A stretch of 64,000 nucleotides of DNA from an uncultured Acidimicrobiaceae bacterium (GCA_963821105.1 CAWGCO010000015.1:5571-69570); one strand, 5' to 3'. Positions 19,055 to 29,468 are shown, numbered from the stretch's first letter. Notes: generated by a model from the sequence alone, not told the origin. Numbers and translations: made by a program.

Positions 19055-19807
19055 GTGGATGAAGTGTTCAGGGCGTTGGCCGACCCCACCCGGCGGGAGC
19101 TGCTCGACGAGCTGTTCCGCCAGGACGGCCAGACCCTGGGCATGTTGGAGGAGAAGTTCTCCATGACGCGCTTCGGCGTCATGAAGCACCTCAAGGTGTT
19201 GGAGGAGGCGGGCCTCGTCGTCACGCGGCGGCGGGGCCGGGAGAAGCTCCACTTCCTCAACCCGGTGCCGATCCGACTCGTCCACGACCGCTGGGTCAGC
19301 AAGTACTCCGAGCCCTGGGTGGCAGGGCTCAGCGAGATCAAGGACAGATTGGAGAGGCAGATGGAGAAGGTGTACGAGATTTTCATCAAGACGACGCCTG
19401 AGCGGTTGTGGGAAGCGATCGTCGACCCCGAGATCCGGTCCAAGTACAACTTCGGTGGCGCTGTCTACTCGGACTGGAAGGTCGGCTCGGCGATCAGCGT
19501 CGACGTGGAGAAGCACGGCGTGCATCTCGGCGAGGGCGAGGTGCTCGAGGTCGACCCGCCGCGGCGACTCGTGCACACCATGGCGTGCATGTGGGACGAC
19601 GACGTGCGCGCCGAGGGCACGACGCGGGTGACGTGGGAGATCGAGCCGGTGGGGGACTCGTGCCACCTCACGCTGACGCACGACCAGATGCGCGAGGGCG
19701 CCAACTCCCAGATCTTCGGCGGCTGGCCCATGATCCTCTCGGGCCTCAAGACCTGGCTCGAGTCGGGCGAGTTGCTCACGACGCCCGGGTCGATGATGTA
19801 CGGCTGA
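19055..19807 (+). CDS. ArsR/SmtB-family regulator fused to SRPBCC (AHSA1/START-like) domain
   Basis: wHTH FRALADPTRRELLDEL...RFGVMKHLKVLEEAGLV followed by an SRPBCC half. The preferred start is the in-frame GTG at 19055, 7 nt after the -10 (leaderless). The ORF track starts at 19025, inside the promoter. Confidence 0.8.
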   Translation: MDEVFRALADPTRRELLDELFRQDGQTLGMLEEKFSMTRFGVMKHLKVLEEAGLVVTRRRGREKLHFLNPVPIRLVHDRWVSKYSEPWVAGLSEIKDRLERQMEKVYEIFIKTTPERLWEAIVDPEIRSKYNFGGAVYSDWKVGSAISVDVEKHGVHLGEGEVLEVDPPRRLVHTMACMWDDDVRAEGTTRVTWEIEPVGDSCHLTLTHDQMREGANSQIFGGWPMILSGLKTWLESGELLTTPGSMMYG

Positions 19808-19880
19808 GCCGGCTCGGCTCCGGCTCCGGCGGCGCGGCCTTCCCCCGGCACGCGACCCGATCCCGATGCAACACTGACGG

Positions 19881-19902
19881 GCCGGGGCCTCACGGCCCCG
19901 GC
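19881..19902 (+). terminator. GC-rich hairpin downstream of the ArsR-SRPBCC gene
   Basis: GCCGGGGCC-tcac-GGCCCCGGC, a 9-bp perfect stem. There is no U-tract. Confidence 0.3.
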
Positions 19903-19921
19903 TACGGACGGAGGCCGCATC

Positions 19922-20886
19922 GTGAGCAAGGTCAGCGCATCCGAGGATCCAGTTCTGATTCTGGCCATCGACCACCGCAACAGCGTGGAACGGGACCTCT
20001 ACAAGCTCGGGTCGCCCAGTCCGGACACGGAGGCCACGGAGGCGCGGATCACCGCGGACAAACTGCTCGTGTATCAAGCCCTGCTCGACGCGGTCCCGGA
20101 GCTGCCGGAGCACGTCCGACCCGGGATCTTGATCGACGAGAAATACGGCGCCTCCGTCGCGGAGCTGGCGGCGCGTGCCAAGGACGAGGTCGGCGTCGCC
20201 CTGGCCATGCCGATCGAGGCGAGCGGCAAGGACTGGCTCGAGTTCGCCTACGGGGACGACTGGGTCCGGCACGCCGAGTTCTTCCCCACCGACTACTCGA
20301 AGGTCCTGGTGCGGGACAACCCCGGCTTCGATCCGGCGCAGCGGGCGCAGCAGGCGAGCCGCCTGGCCGAGGTCTCGAAATGGGCCACTGCGACCGGTCG
20401 ATCGTTGCTCATTGAGCTGATCGTGCCGGCCACACCGTCGGAGAACCAGGCGGCCGGGTCGGAGGCGCAGTTCGACGACGGGCAGCGACCGGCGGACACC
20501 GTGGCGGTGATCGAGTACCTCCAGGACAAGGGCGTCGATCCCGCCATCTGGAAGGTCGAGGGCCTCGACGAGCACGACGATGCCGTGAAGATCGTCGAGA
20601 CGGCCCAGCGCGGCGGGCGCAAGGCTCACTGCATCGTGCTCGGCCGGCACGCGTCGCAAGAGGACGTCGATCGCTGGATCCGCGTGTCGGCGCCCATCCC
20701 CGGCTGGGTCGGCTTCGCCATCGGTCGCACGATCTGGTGGGACGCCCTGCACGCGCATCTGCACCATCTCGCGACCACGCGTGAACGCGCGAGCGGATCA
20801 CCCGTTCGTATCTCGACTTTGCCGAGTACTACGTCAACGCCCGGGACGGCGGGCCGACCGAGCCCTTCGATCCCGAGTACGGATAG
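19922..20886 (+). pseudogene. DUF2090 / 2-deoxy-5-keto-D-gluconate-6-phosphate aldolase-domain protein, frameshifted near the 3' end
   Basis: The 19922 frame is intact to about 20785. The native-looking tail TRERITRSYLDFAEYYVNARDGGPTEPFDPEYG is in another frame and ends at 20886. An apparent 1-nt deletion lies near 20785. Confidence 0.65.
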
Positions 20887-20888
20887 GC

Positions 20889-21960
20889 GTGCGCGTCCTC
20901 GTCGTCGGAGGATCGCTCGTGGGGCTCTCGACGGCGGCGGCCCTGGCGCGCCGGGGGGCGTCCGTGACCGTGCTCGAGCGAACGGGTCAGAGTGGCTACG
21001 CCGGAGGTGGGGGGCTCGGGGTCGACGTTGGGCTCCTGCGTAAGGTCACCGGTTTCACGGGGAGCCCACCCGTCTGCGAGGGCATCGATCGCGCCACGAC
21101 GGCGTGGTCACTGCTCGTCCAATGGTTGGAGACGAATGCGGGCGCGGTTCCGGGCGTCGAGATCCGGCGCGGGGTCGACGTCGTGGAGGTCGGCGAGGGG
21201 TGGGCGGCGCCTCGTTCAGAGCCGCGCCTGGAGGCCGATCTGGTCGTCGGCGCCGATGGCGCCCGGAGCGTCGCCCGTCGTTGGGTCAGTCCCGAGGATC
21301 CCGATGCCGTCTATGCGGGGGTGCTGCTCTGGCGGGCCATGGTCGAAGAAGCGGCCTTGCCCGGCGACGTCCCGACCCTGTCCCCGCACGAACCGTCGCG
21401 CGAGCACTACTCGGGCCCGTACCGCCTGGTCACGTACCTCGTACCCGGCGCCGACGGCTCGAGCGAGCCGGGACGGCGCCGGCTCAACCTCGTCTGGTAC
21501 GACCCCGCCCGCTCGGATCTCCTGGCTGAGCGGGGCCTCCTCGAGGGGACGACGGTGCACGGCTCGTTGCTGCCCGAGGACGTCTCCGAGCCGCTCAGGG
21601 ACGAGCTGCCGCGCCATGGCGTCGCGGCGCTGGCCGAGCCCCTGGCGCGAGGCCATGGAGATCGCCTTGGAGCAGGGCCTCGTGTTCGGGACGCCGATCG
21701 TCCAGTTCTGGCCGCCGCGCCTGGTGCGAGGGCGGGTGGCGCTGGCGGGTGATGCCGCCCATGCGGCCTCGCCCATGGTGGGCGGCGGGTTTCGTCAGGG
21801 GCTCTTCGACGTGGGTGCCCTGGCGGACGCGTCCGAGCACCAGCGCGACGTCGCCGCACTGCTCGAGGGTTACGAGACCCGGCGGCTTGCTCCCGCCCGG
21901 GCGCACGTCGAGCGCAGCCAGATGGCGACAGACGGGTATCTCGGCCGAAGTGACCTCTGA
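20889..21960 (+). pseudogene. FAD-dependent monooxygenase, frameshifted
   Basis: GTG at 20889. The dinucleotide fold VLVVGGSLVGLSTAAALARRG is in the frame of 20781..21752. The GDAAHAASPMVGGG motif is in the frame of 20992..21960. The frame changes near 21630. Confidence 0.8.
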
Positions 21961-21970
21961 TCCCCCTGGA

Positions 21971-22843
21971 TCAGCCGCCGAGGGCCTGGGTCACCACCGT
22001 CACGTCCATCGGACCGAGCCCGCGGCCGGCGATCTCGTCCCACTCCGCCGCCAACGCGCCGAGGACCTTGAACTGATCGGCACCTCCCTCGTCCAGCGCG
22101 AGGTGCACGTCCTTCAACGCAAGCGCGAGCGCGAACTCGGGCGAGTAATCATCGTTTTCGATCCGGCGCAGTTTTCCGGACTCCCACGGCGAGATGAGCG
22201 GTCCACCGTCGAACGCGCCGACGACGCTCGCCGTCGGCAGACCCAGCCGGTGGGCCAACGCGAGCGAGTTGGCGACTCCCTCGGCGGTGAAGGCGAGCAG
22301 CACGTTGTTCACCAGCTTCATGCGAGAGCCGTTCCCGGCCACGCCGAGCCAGATCGTCCGTTGTCCGATGGCGCTGAACACGGGGTCCACCAGCGGCTGC
22401 GCCGCATCGGGGCCGGAGGCGAAGACCAGCAGCGTGCCGTTCTCCGCCGGCACCTTGCTCCCGGACACCGGTGCGTCGACGAACAGTGCCTCGGGGCGCC
22501 GGTCCTTGACGAGGGTCGCGAGCTCCATGGTCCCCTCGAGGCCGATCGTGCTCATCTGCGCCCACACGGCCTGAGGCCGCAGCGCTTCGATCAGGCCCTG
22601 CTCGGTGGCGATCGACCTGACCGCCTCGGCGTTGGTGACCATCGTGATGACCACGTCGGCGGCCGCCGCCGCGTCAGGCACCGATGGCGCCACTTCGACG
22701 TCGGTCCCCTTGAACACCTCGGCTGCCGCGGGTTCCCGGTTCCAGACCACCAACGGGAGTCCGGCCTTGTGCGCGGTCTGGGCGATGGCCGTCCCCATGG
22801 TTCCGAGGCCGAGGACGGCGAGCTTTGGCTTGTCGGGCGTCAT
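21971..22843 (-). CDS. NAD(P)-dependent oxidoreductase (3-hydroxyisobutyrate / 6-phosphogluconate dehydrogenase-like)
   Basis: LAVLGLGTMGTAIA Rossmann motif, VDAPVSGS, and a C-terminal helical domain. ATG at 22843 inside the long ORF 21971..23956. Confidence 0.85.
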   Translation of the reverse strand: MTPDKPKLAVLGLGTMGTAIAQTAHKAGLPLVVWNREPAAAEVFKGTDVEVAPSVPDAAAAADVVITMVTNAEAVRSIATEQGLIEALRPQAVWAQMSTIGLEGTMELATLVKDRRPEALFVDAPVSGSKVPAENGTLLVFASGPDAAQPLVDPVFSAIGQRTIWLGVAGNGSRMKLVNNVLLAFTAEGVANSLALAHRLGLPTASVVGAFDGGPLISPWESGKLRRIENDDYSPEFALALALKDVHLALDEGGADQFKVLGALAAEWDEIAGRGLGPMDVTVVTQALGG

Positions 22844-22965
22844 GGCTTCATCTTTGGCCACCGGTGGCCGGATGACAACGGGTGAGGGGTGCGCTGCTCG
22901 TGGGGCCGTTGGAACCGCTATTGCCGTGGGGCGGGTCGGGATCGGGTCCCGCCCGTCGGCGCCGA

Positions 22966-24306
22966 TCAGGCTTCGGTCGTCGTCGTCGTCGTCGTCGTCG
23001 CTGGCGTCGCTGGCGGGGCGGGTTCGGGCACCGCACCCTTGTCCACCTGCGCCGACTCCGAGCGCTCCCCGGTGGGTAGCGGTCGCACCCACTCGTAGGC
23101 GGAGAGCACCAGGGTCAGGACGCCGAAGCCGGCGCCCAATAGGCACACCCCGGCCCACCCGTGCGTGTCGTAGAGCGTGCCCGCGCTGACCGACCCGATG
23201 GCGCCGCCGATGAAGTAGCAGACCATGTACGCGCTGGTGATCCGGCTGCGGGCGTCGGGGCGGAGCGCGTAGATGATCGCCTGGTTCGTGATCTGCATGC
23301 CCTGCGTGCCCATGTCGAGCACGACGATGCCGATGATCAGCGCGGCCAGCGAGGTGCGGCCCGCCCACAGCAGGGCGAACGAGGCGGTCAGCAGGAGGCC
23401 GGCGGCGATGGTGGTCAGCGTGTGGCGGGACGAGTCGGCCAGCTTGCCCGCCACGTTGGCCGCGAGGATCCCGCCGGCGCCGACGAGACCGAAGAGGCCG
23501 ATGACGGCGGAGGAGTAGTCGTACGGCTTGCCCGAGAGCAGGAAGGCGAGCGTGGTCCACAGGACGCTGAACGCGCCGAAGGCCACGGCGCCGTGCCAGG
23601 CGCGGCGGCGCAGGACCGGTTCGGTGACGAGCAGCCGGAGCGACGTGCTGACCAGCGAGCCGTACGTGCGGTGCGGGCGGGGGCCCTCGGCGGGCAGCGC
23701 CCGCCACAGGATGAGCGCGAAGCAGAGCATGAGGCCGGCGGACAGCCAGTAGATGCCGCGCCAGCCGCCCGTCACCTGCGCCACGAAGCCCGACACGGTG
23801 CGGGCCAGCAGGATGCCCAGCAGCAGGCCGGTCATGATGCGCGCCACGACGCGCCCCCGTCGTTCCTCGGGGGCCAGGTCGGCGGCGAAGGGGATCATCA
23901 CCTGGCCGGCCACCGACAACGCGCCGACGGCCAGCGAGGCCAGGGTGAAGACCCACAGGCTCGGGGCGAGGGCGGAGGCGACCAGGGCGACGGCGTCGAA
24001 GCAGAAGAGCCGCACGACGAGCGTGCGCCGCGGGTGGAGGTCGCCGAGCGGAACGACGAGGAGCAGCCCCGCCGCGTAGCCGACCTGCGTCGCCGTGATC
24101 ACCCAGGACGTCAGCCCGGGGCCGGTCCCGAAGCCGCTGGCGATGCGGTGCAACAGCGGCTGCGCGTAGTAGAGGTTCGCCACGACGGCCCCCGTGGCCA
24201 CGGCGATGAGCGCGACGAGCGCACGCGACAGGGGTCCCTGGGGTGCGGCGGGGGGCATCGGCCCAGGGTACCGGCGCGCTGCGCCGCTGGAGGCGGGGGG
24301 CGCCAA
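22966..24306 (-). CDS. MFS transporter
   Basis: Intact 446-aa ORF with ~12 TM helices and an MFS-type loop (PLGDLHPRR). Poly-Thr C-terminal tail. Confidence 0.85.
   Translation of the reverse strand: MAPPASSGAARRYPGPMPPAAPQGPLSRALVALIAVATGAVVANLYYAQPLLHRIASGFGTGPGLTSWVITATQVGYAAGLLLVVPLGDLHPRRTLVVRLFCFDAVALVASALAPSLWVFTLASLAVGALSVAGQVMIPFAADLAPEERRGRVVARIMTGLLLGILLARTVSGFVAQVTGGWRGIYWLSAGLMLCFALILWRALPAEGPRPHRTYGSLVSTSLRLLVTEPVLRRRAWHGAVAFGAFSVLWTTLAFLLSGKPYDYSSAVIGLFGLVGAGGILAANVAGKLADSSRHTLTTIAAGLLLTASFALLWAGRTSLAALIIGIVVLDMGTQGMQITNQAIIYALRPDARSRITSAYMVCYFIGGAIGSVSAGTLYDTHGWAGVCLLGAGFGVLTLVLSAYEWVRPLPTGERSESAQVDKGAVPEPAPPATPATTTTTTTTEA
22976..22999. repeat. (GTC)8 trinucleotide microsatellite
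   Basis: Eight perfect GTC units. On the minus strand they read as ACG codons, giving the T8 tail of the MFS transporter. Confidence 0.9.
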
Positions 24307-24389
24307 CGTGGCCGAGGAGTGGCTCCGCCCTGTGCTGTTGCTCTGCGTCAGGCCTTCGGTGCGGCCTGGACGGGTCGGTCGCGCGAGGA

Positions 24390-24824
24390 TCAGATGTGCC
24401 CGCCGCGCCGGCTCTCGGCGGTGACGCCGGTCAGCGCGGTGAGGATCAGCGGGATGGCGATGAAGGCCAGCCAGACCCCGAAGACGAAGGACAAGACGAG
24501 GAAGAACGCGCCCATGCCCAGCACGAAGGGCCAGATGGACGAGCCGGGGAACGAGTCGATCTCTCCGGCGCCGTCCTTCATCTCGGCGTCCTCGCGGTCA
24601 TCGGCCGCGTCGCCGACCTCCTTGATCTTGCCGACGAAGAAGTACTTGTGGCCGTGGTAGCGCCGGTACCAGAAGAAGTAGTAGCTGCCGGGCAGGAACC
24701 CGAGCAGCGTCGCGCCGAGCAGCATGACGCCGCCCCCGTCCTCGTAGCTCCAGAACCAGTAGACGAGCCCGATGAGCCCGAAGAAGGCCCCGAGGAAGAG
24801 CAGGAAGACCGCCGAGATCTTCAT
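24390..24824 (-). CDS. ctaF: cytochrome c oxidase subunit IV (actinobacterial CtaF)
   Basis: A 144-aa, 4-TM protein immediately after ctaD with an ATGA overlap (24821-24824). WPF/GMG pattern typical of CtaF. Confidence 0.8.
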   Translation of the reverse strand: MKISAVFLLFLGAFFGLIGLVYWFWSYEDGGGVMLLGATLLGFLPGSYYFFWYRRYHGHKYFFVGKIKEVGDAADDREDAEMKDGAGEIDSFPGSSIWPFVLGMGAFFLVLSFVFGVWLAFIAIPLILTALTGVTAESRRGGHI

Positions 24825-26635
24825 ACGCCGGCCTTGACCTTTCCGTCACCGTGGCCGTTGTGCCCGTTCGTGTGACCGTTGGCGTGCCCGTTGCTCCCGC
24901 CCCGGATATGAGGGACCGTCACGTGGTCAGGGTGGTTGTAGTCCCACGTCGGCCGCTCCGAGCGGATCGGCGGCAGGTGCGTGTAGTTGTGGTGCGGCGG
25001 CGGCGACGTGGTGAACCACTCGAGCGTCTGGGCGTCCCAGGGGTTGTTCCCGGCCGGGATCGGCCTGCGCCACGACACGAAGAAGTTCACCAGCAGGAAG
25101 GCGAACGAGATCCCGATGATGAACGCGCCGACCGTCGAGACGACGTTGTAGCTCTGCCAGCCCAGGTTCGACGGGTACGACGCCACCCGGCGAGGCATGC
25201 CCAGCAGCCCCACGACGTACTGGGGCATGTAGCAGATCCAGAAACCGATGAACATCAGCCAGAAGTGCCACTTGCCCAGGTTGTCGCGCAGCATGCGGCC
25301 GAAGAACTTCGGGTACCAGTAGTAGACCCCGGCGAAGCCGGCGAAGACGGCGGTGCCGAAGAGCACCTGGTGGAAGTGGGCCACCACGAAGTACGTGTCG
25401 TGGGTGGCGAAGTCGATCGGCGGCGAGGCCAGCATGATGCCAGTGACGCCCCCCATAAGGAAGGCGAACAGGAAACCTATACAGAACAGCATCGGGGTCG
25501 GGAAGCTCAATTGCCCATGCCACATGGTGCCGATCCAGTTGAAGAACTTGATGCCGGTCGGCACCGCGATCAGCAGGCTGAGGAACGAGAAGAACGGCAG
25601 CAGCACGGCGCCGGTGGTGAACATGTGGTGGGCCCACACGCCCGTGGACAGGGCCGCGATGGCCATGGTGGCGAAGACCATGCCCTTGTAGCCGAAGACG
25701 GGACGGCGCGAGAAGACGGGCAGGATCTCGGTGACGATGCCGAAGAACGGCAGGGCGAGGATATAGACCTCGGGATGGCCGAAGAACCAGAAGAGGTTCT
25801 GCCATAACAGCGGCGACCCGCATGAGGGCGCGACGGCACCACTGACGAGGTGACAGCCGGTCGCCGTGAAGATGTGCGTGCCGAAGTGGCGGTCGCAGAA
25901 GAGCATCACCAGCGCGGCGGTGAGCACGGGGAACGCGATCAGGATCAAGATCCCGGTCACCAGCATGTTCCAGGTGAAGATCGGCATGCGGAACATCGTC
26001 ATGCCGGGCGCGCGCAGGTAGAAGATCGTCGCGCACAGGTTGACGCCGGTGAAGATGGCGGAGAACCCGGTGAGCACCAGGGCCATGATCCACAGGTCGG
26101 GCCCGGCGCCCGGCGAGCTCGTGGCGCTCGACAGCGGGGCGTAGGCGACCCAGCCGAACTGCGCGGCGCCGCCGGCGACGAAGAACGTCATCAGCATGGT
26201 GATGGAACCGCCGAGGAAGAGCCAGTAGCTCAGCGCGTTGAGCCGGGGGAAGGCCATGTCCGGCGCGCCGATCTGGAGCGGCACGATGAAGTTGGCCAGG
26301 CCGCCGAACGCGATCGGCCCGGCGAACAGGTACATCATCAGGCTGCCGTGCATCGTGAACAGCGCGTTGTACTGCGCGAAGGTCAGGAACGACGAGTGCG
26401 GCGTGGTGAGCTGGATCCGCATCAACAGCGCCATGATCCCGGCGATGTAGAAGACGGCGATCGCCGTGATCATGTAGCTCATCCCGATGACCTTGTGGTC
26501 GGTCGAGGTGAGCCACTTGAGGATGCCGGTCGGGCCGTGGTCCTCGTGCGCGCCGTGGGCGTCGTGATCGCCGGGGACCAGCGGAGGGAGGACCTCGGTC
26601 TCTTGTGCGCCGCCAGGGGCGATGACGTCAGTCAC
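24821..26635 (-). CDS. ctaD: cytochrome c oxidase subunit I
   Basis: [16 protein letters not shown] and HFHQVL motifs. GTG at 26635 is preferred as the start, with GGGAGG 11 nt upstream and an overlap with the ctaC stop. The ORF track ATG is at 26671. Confidence 0.95.
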   Translation of the reverse strand: MTDVIAPGGAQETEVLPPLVPGDHDAHGAHEDHGPTGILKWLTSTDHKVIGMSYMITAIAVFYIAGIMALLMRIQLTTPHSSFLTFAQYNALFTMHGSLMMYLFAGPIAFGGLANFIVPLQIGAPDMAFPRLNALSYWLFLGGSITMLMTFFVAGGAAQFGWVAYAPLSSATSSPGAGPDLWIMALVLTGFSAIFTGVNLCATIFYLRAPGMTMFRMPIFTWNMLVTGILILIAFPVLTAALVMLFCDRHFGTHIFTATGCHLVSGAVAPSCGSPLLWQNLFWFFGHPEVYILALPFFGIVTEILPVFSRRPVFGYKGMVFATMAIAALSTGVWAHHMFTTGAVLLPFFSFLSLLIAVPTGIKFFNWIGTMWHGQLSFPTPMLFCIGFLFAFLMGGVTGIMLASPPIDFATHDTYFVVAHFHQVLFGTAVFAGFAGVYYWYPKFFGRMLRDNLGKWHFWLMFIGFWICYMPQYVVGLLGMPRRVASYPSNLGWQSYNVVSTVGAFIIGISFAFLLVNFFVSWRRPIPAGNNPWDAQTLEWFTTSPPPHHNYTHLPPIRSERPTWDYNHPDHVTVPHIRGGSNGHANGHTNGHNGHGDGKVKAGV

Positions 26636-27578
26636 CGTAGTACGCGCCTCCCGTATTGCCGGTGTTGCCACTGTTGCCGGTGCCGGAGTTGCCCGAATTG
26701 CCAGAGTAGCCCGGGGCCGTCCCGTTGATGTTGCCCTTCACGGCGCTCGGCAGCTGCCCGACGGAGTTCGGGTGGGCCCGCTGGAACGCCCCCGTCACCC
26801 GCAGCCACGTCCGGTAGTCGCTCGGGCTCACCGAACGGACGTTGAAGAACATCAGGGAGTGATAGAGCCCGCACAGCTGGGTGCACTGGCCCCGGTACAC
26901 GCCGTTGTGCAGCACGTTGAAGTCGAACGACGTCCAGTAACCCGGACTGGCGTAGCGGCTGAAGTTGAACTCGGGCACGTAGAACCCGTGCAGCACGTCG
27001 TAGGACCGCAGGTAGATGCGCACGGTCTGGTCGGTCGGCACCATCATCGTCGGCGCGTCGGTCGTCTGCCCGATCACCTTGACCCCGTTGCTGTACTGGA
27101 ACTCCCACCCCCATTGGAAGGCGTACACGTGGATCGTCGTGTACGGGTTCGGCGTCACGGCGTCGACGGTGTTCTCGACGAGGACGGTGGCGACGAACAG
27201 GCCGATCACGGTCAGGATCGGCGCGATCGTGTAGATGATCTCGGTGAGCGTGTGGTACTGCGTCTGACGCGGGATCTCGTCCGAGCGGCGCCGGTAGCGG
27301 AAGATCGCCCAGAGGATCAGCAGGAGGACGAAGCCGCCGACGACCAGGCTGGCGATGAAGAAGCCCTGCCACAGGTGGAACGTCGAGCGGGCCTGCGAGG
27401 TGGCGCCCTTGTAGGCGCCGAAGGTCGGCAGCTGGCAGCCGGTGAGGAGCAGGGCCCCGAGAAGCACGCCACCGAGAGCGAGGCGCCGCCGACGGCGGGG
27501 GGTCTTGGCGCGCTGACTGCTGCTGTGACCTGGGCTTTCGGGCGTGTGCGCAGAAGGGCCGGTCAGCGACGAGTCCAC
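26628..27578 (-). CDS. ctaC: cytochrome c oxidase subunit II
   Basis: CuA site [12 protein letters not shown], lipobox LLLTGC and two TM helices. The start is uncertain (GTG at 27578). Confidence 0.9.
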   Translation of the reverse strand: MDSSLTGPSAHTPESPGHSSSQRAKTPRRRRRLALGGVLLGALLLTGCQLPTFGAYKGATSQARSTFHLWQGFFIASLVVGGFVLLLILWAIFRYRRRSDEIPRQTQYHTLTEIIYTIAPILTVIGLFVATVLVENTVDAVTPNPYTTIHVYAFQWGWEFQYSNGVKVIGQTTDAPTMMVPTDQTVRIYLRSYDVLHGFYVPEFNFSRYASPGYWTSFDFNVLHNGVYRGQCTQLCGLYHSLMFFNVRSVSPSDYRTWLRVTGAFQRAHPNSVGQLPSAVKGNINGTAPGYSGNSGNSGTGNSGNTGNTGGAYYGD

Positions 27579-27603
27579 CGCGGTGACATTAGCGAACCGG
27601 CCC

Positions 27604-27651
27604 AAAAAACACGAAATGAGCAGCCCAGAGGCGCCTCGGCCCTCTTCGCTG
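27604..27651 (-). terminator. possible terminator between the MBL-fold gene and ctaC
   Basis: On the minus strand, an imperfect hairpin (27621-27651) is followed about 11 nt later by a T6 run (27604-27609). Confidence 0.25.
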
Positions 27652-27661
27652 CCCCGCGCCC

Positions 27662-28989
27662 TCAGTGGGCGTGCGGCTGCGCCCCTCCGGTTGGGCCCCC
27701 GCCCGACTCGTTGGCGGCCCAGTTGAAGACGCCCCGGGCCATGGTCGACGTGGCCCGGGCGCGCCCGGGCGGCGAAGACCTCGTGGCGGGCCCGTTGCGT
27801 GGCCGGGTCGTCCGGCGCGGCCAGCCACGCGTGCTCGGCCAGGTGCCCGGCCAGGCGCAACGCCGCGTCCGCCTCGCCGGGCGCGGTCTCGGGCGACTCG
27901 TTCGCCACGGCCAGGAGCTCGAGGGCCCGCTCGGCCAGGGCCCCGGCGCCGCCGGCCAGCTCGGCCAGCTCGGTCGCCAGCGCGCGCTCGGGGGCGGGCT
28001 TGAGCGTCGCGGGGTTGCCGTCCCACCAGCCGCCGTAGAGGCGCCACACCGTGTGCACGATGAACTCGGGCTCGTCGTAGACCGGCTGGAGGTACGGGCG
28101 CGCCGCCAGCTCGGCCGGCGGCGTGCACGGTGTGGATGGCGTCGTCGAGGCGGCCGCCGGCGTTCATGACCGCGAGCGTCTGGTCGACCAGCGAGTCGAG
28201 GAGGTCGGCCGTGTCGGTGAGCGCCTGGCGCACGCGGTCCGCCCCGATGACGGGGAAGCCGTGGCCGGGGAGGAGGAACTCGGCGTCGAGGGTCAGCATC
28301 CGGCGCAACGCGGCGGCCCACTCGCGCGGGTAGCGCTGCACCTTCTGCGGGTTGCCGGCGTTGGGCGAGGCCCAGATGAAGAGGTCGCCGCAGCACAGGC
28401 ACGCGCGACTCGGGCTGCCACGTGACGGTGTGGTCGTCGGTCTCGCCCTTCTCGTGGCGCAGCGCGAAGCCCGACCCCGCCGACCGAGACGTCGAGCGTG
28501 TCGACGTAGGTGCGGTCGGGGTAGCGGTACTCGGTCGGCCAGTTGAGGTCGGTGAAGCCGAACTGGCGGCGGTTGATGATCGTGTTGTAGCCGGCGGTGA
28601 AGATGTAGCGGTCGAAGCGCGCCGGCAGCGCGTGGTGGGCGATCACCTGCGGGCGCCGCCCACCCCTGCGCCTCGGCCTCGGCCTCCCACACCGGCACGC
28701 CGAAGACGTGGTCGATGTGGCCGTGGGAGTAGACGGCGGTGTTGAGGCGGTCGGGGCTCCAGGTGCGGATGTCGTCGTGGACGATCTGGGCCAGCGGTGC
28801 GCTGCCGGTGTCGACGAGGACGAGGCCGTCGTCGGTCGTGAAGGAGGAGACGTTGGCGAAGGACGGGCAGAACCCGACGCCGTCGGTGATCTCGACGAAC
28901 CCGCCCATGTGGTCGACGGGGTGGAAGGTGGAGGTCGACAGCTCCCCGTTCCAGAGCCGTTCGGCCACGGAGAGGACGTCGGATGTCAT
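27662..28989 (-). pseudogene. MBL-fold metallo-hydrolase / alkyl-sulfatase-like protein, multiply frameshifted
   Basis: HGHIDH is in the frame of 27589..28989. The middle is in 28293..28646. PGHGFPV is back in the first frame. The dimerisation-domain-like VHTVWRLYGGWWDGNP is in the frame of 26628..28058. The tail is in 27662..28402. There are at least 4 frame changes. Confidence 0.75.
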
Positions 28990-29052
28990 GGGCCCCCCAG
29001 GCTCGGTCTCGGCGCCCGGCTGTGCGGGCGCCGGCGCATCAGCCGCTCAGCT

Positions 29053-29319
29053 TCAGCTGGTCTGCGACGTGCCTTCGGCGGGAGGCGCGGGTGCAGGTGT
29101 AGGCGCAGGTGCGGGCGTGTCGCTGGCGGCGGAGGTGCCGTTGGTCGACGCCGCCTCGGCGGCGGCCTTGTCCTTGCCGTCCTTCATGCCCGCCTCGAAC
29201 TGGTTCTTGGCCGAGCCGAGGTTGCGGGCCAGCTTGGGAATCGCCGCCCCGCCGAAGAGCAGCACGACGACCACGATGATCACGATGAGCAGGTCCGGAC
29301 CGAAAATTTCAGCGAGCAT
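29053..29319 (-). CDS. tatA: twin-arginine translocase TatA/TatE family subunit
   Basis: MLAEIFGPDLLIVIIVVVVLLFGGAAIPKLARNLG followed by an amphipathic, Pro/Ala-rich tail. AAGGAG lies 6 nt upstream of the ATG at 29319. Confidence 0.85.
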   Translation of the reverse strand: MLAEIFGPDLLIVIIVVVVLLFGGAAIPKLARNLGSAKNQFEAGMKDGKDKAAAEAASTNGTSAASDTPAPAPTPAPAPPAEGTSQTS

Positions 29320-29468
29320 GCGATTCTCCTTCACCTGGGATCACTCGAACCGGTGAACTGGGTACCAGGTTAGACCCATTCCCGCCCCCCGGTACCTGCA
29401 GGGGCAGGACCGCGGGGTGGGCCGCCGCCAGGCGGCCGCCCGGGGTGTTCACATAGCGGTATTCGGAG

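Noticed and set aside
19037-20767. A 576-aa minus-strand ORF spanning the ArsR-SRPBCC and DUF2090 genes
   Set aside because: It is an Arg/Gly/Pro/Asp-rich low-complexity translation with no motifs. It lies antisense to two clearly recognisable plus-strand genes. This is a typical shadow ORF of high-G+C DNA.
26636-26671. ATG at 26671 as the ctaD start
   Set aside because: It would overlap ctaC by 44 nt. The in-frame GTG at 26635 has a GGGAGG upstream and overlaps only the ctaC stop. This is still unproven.
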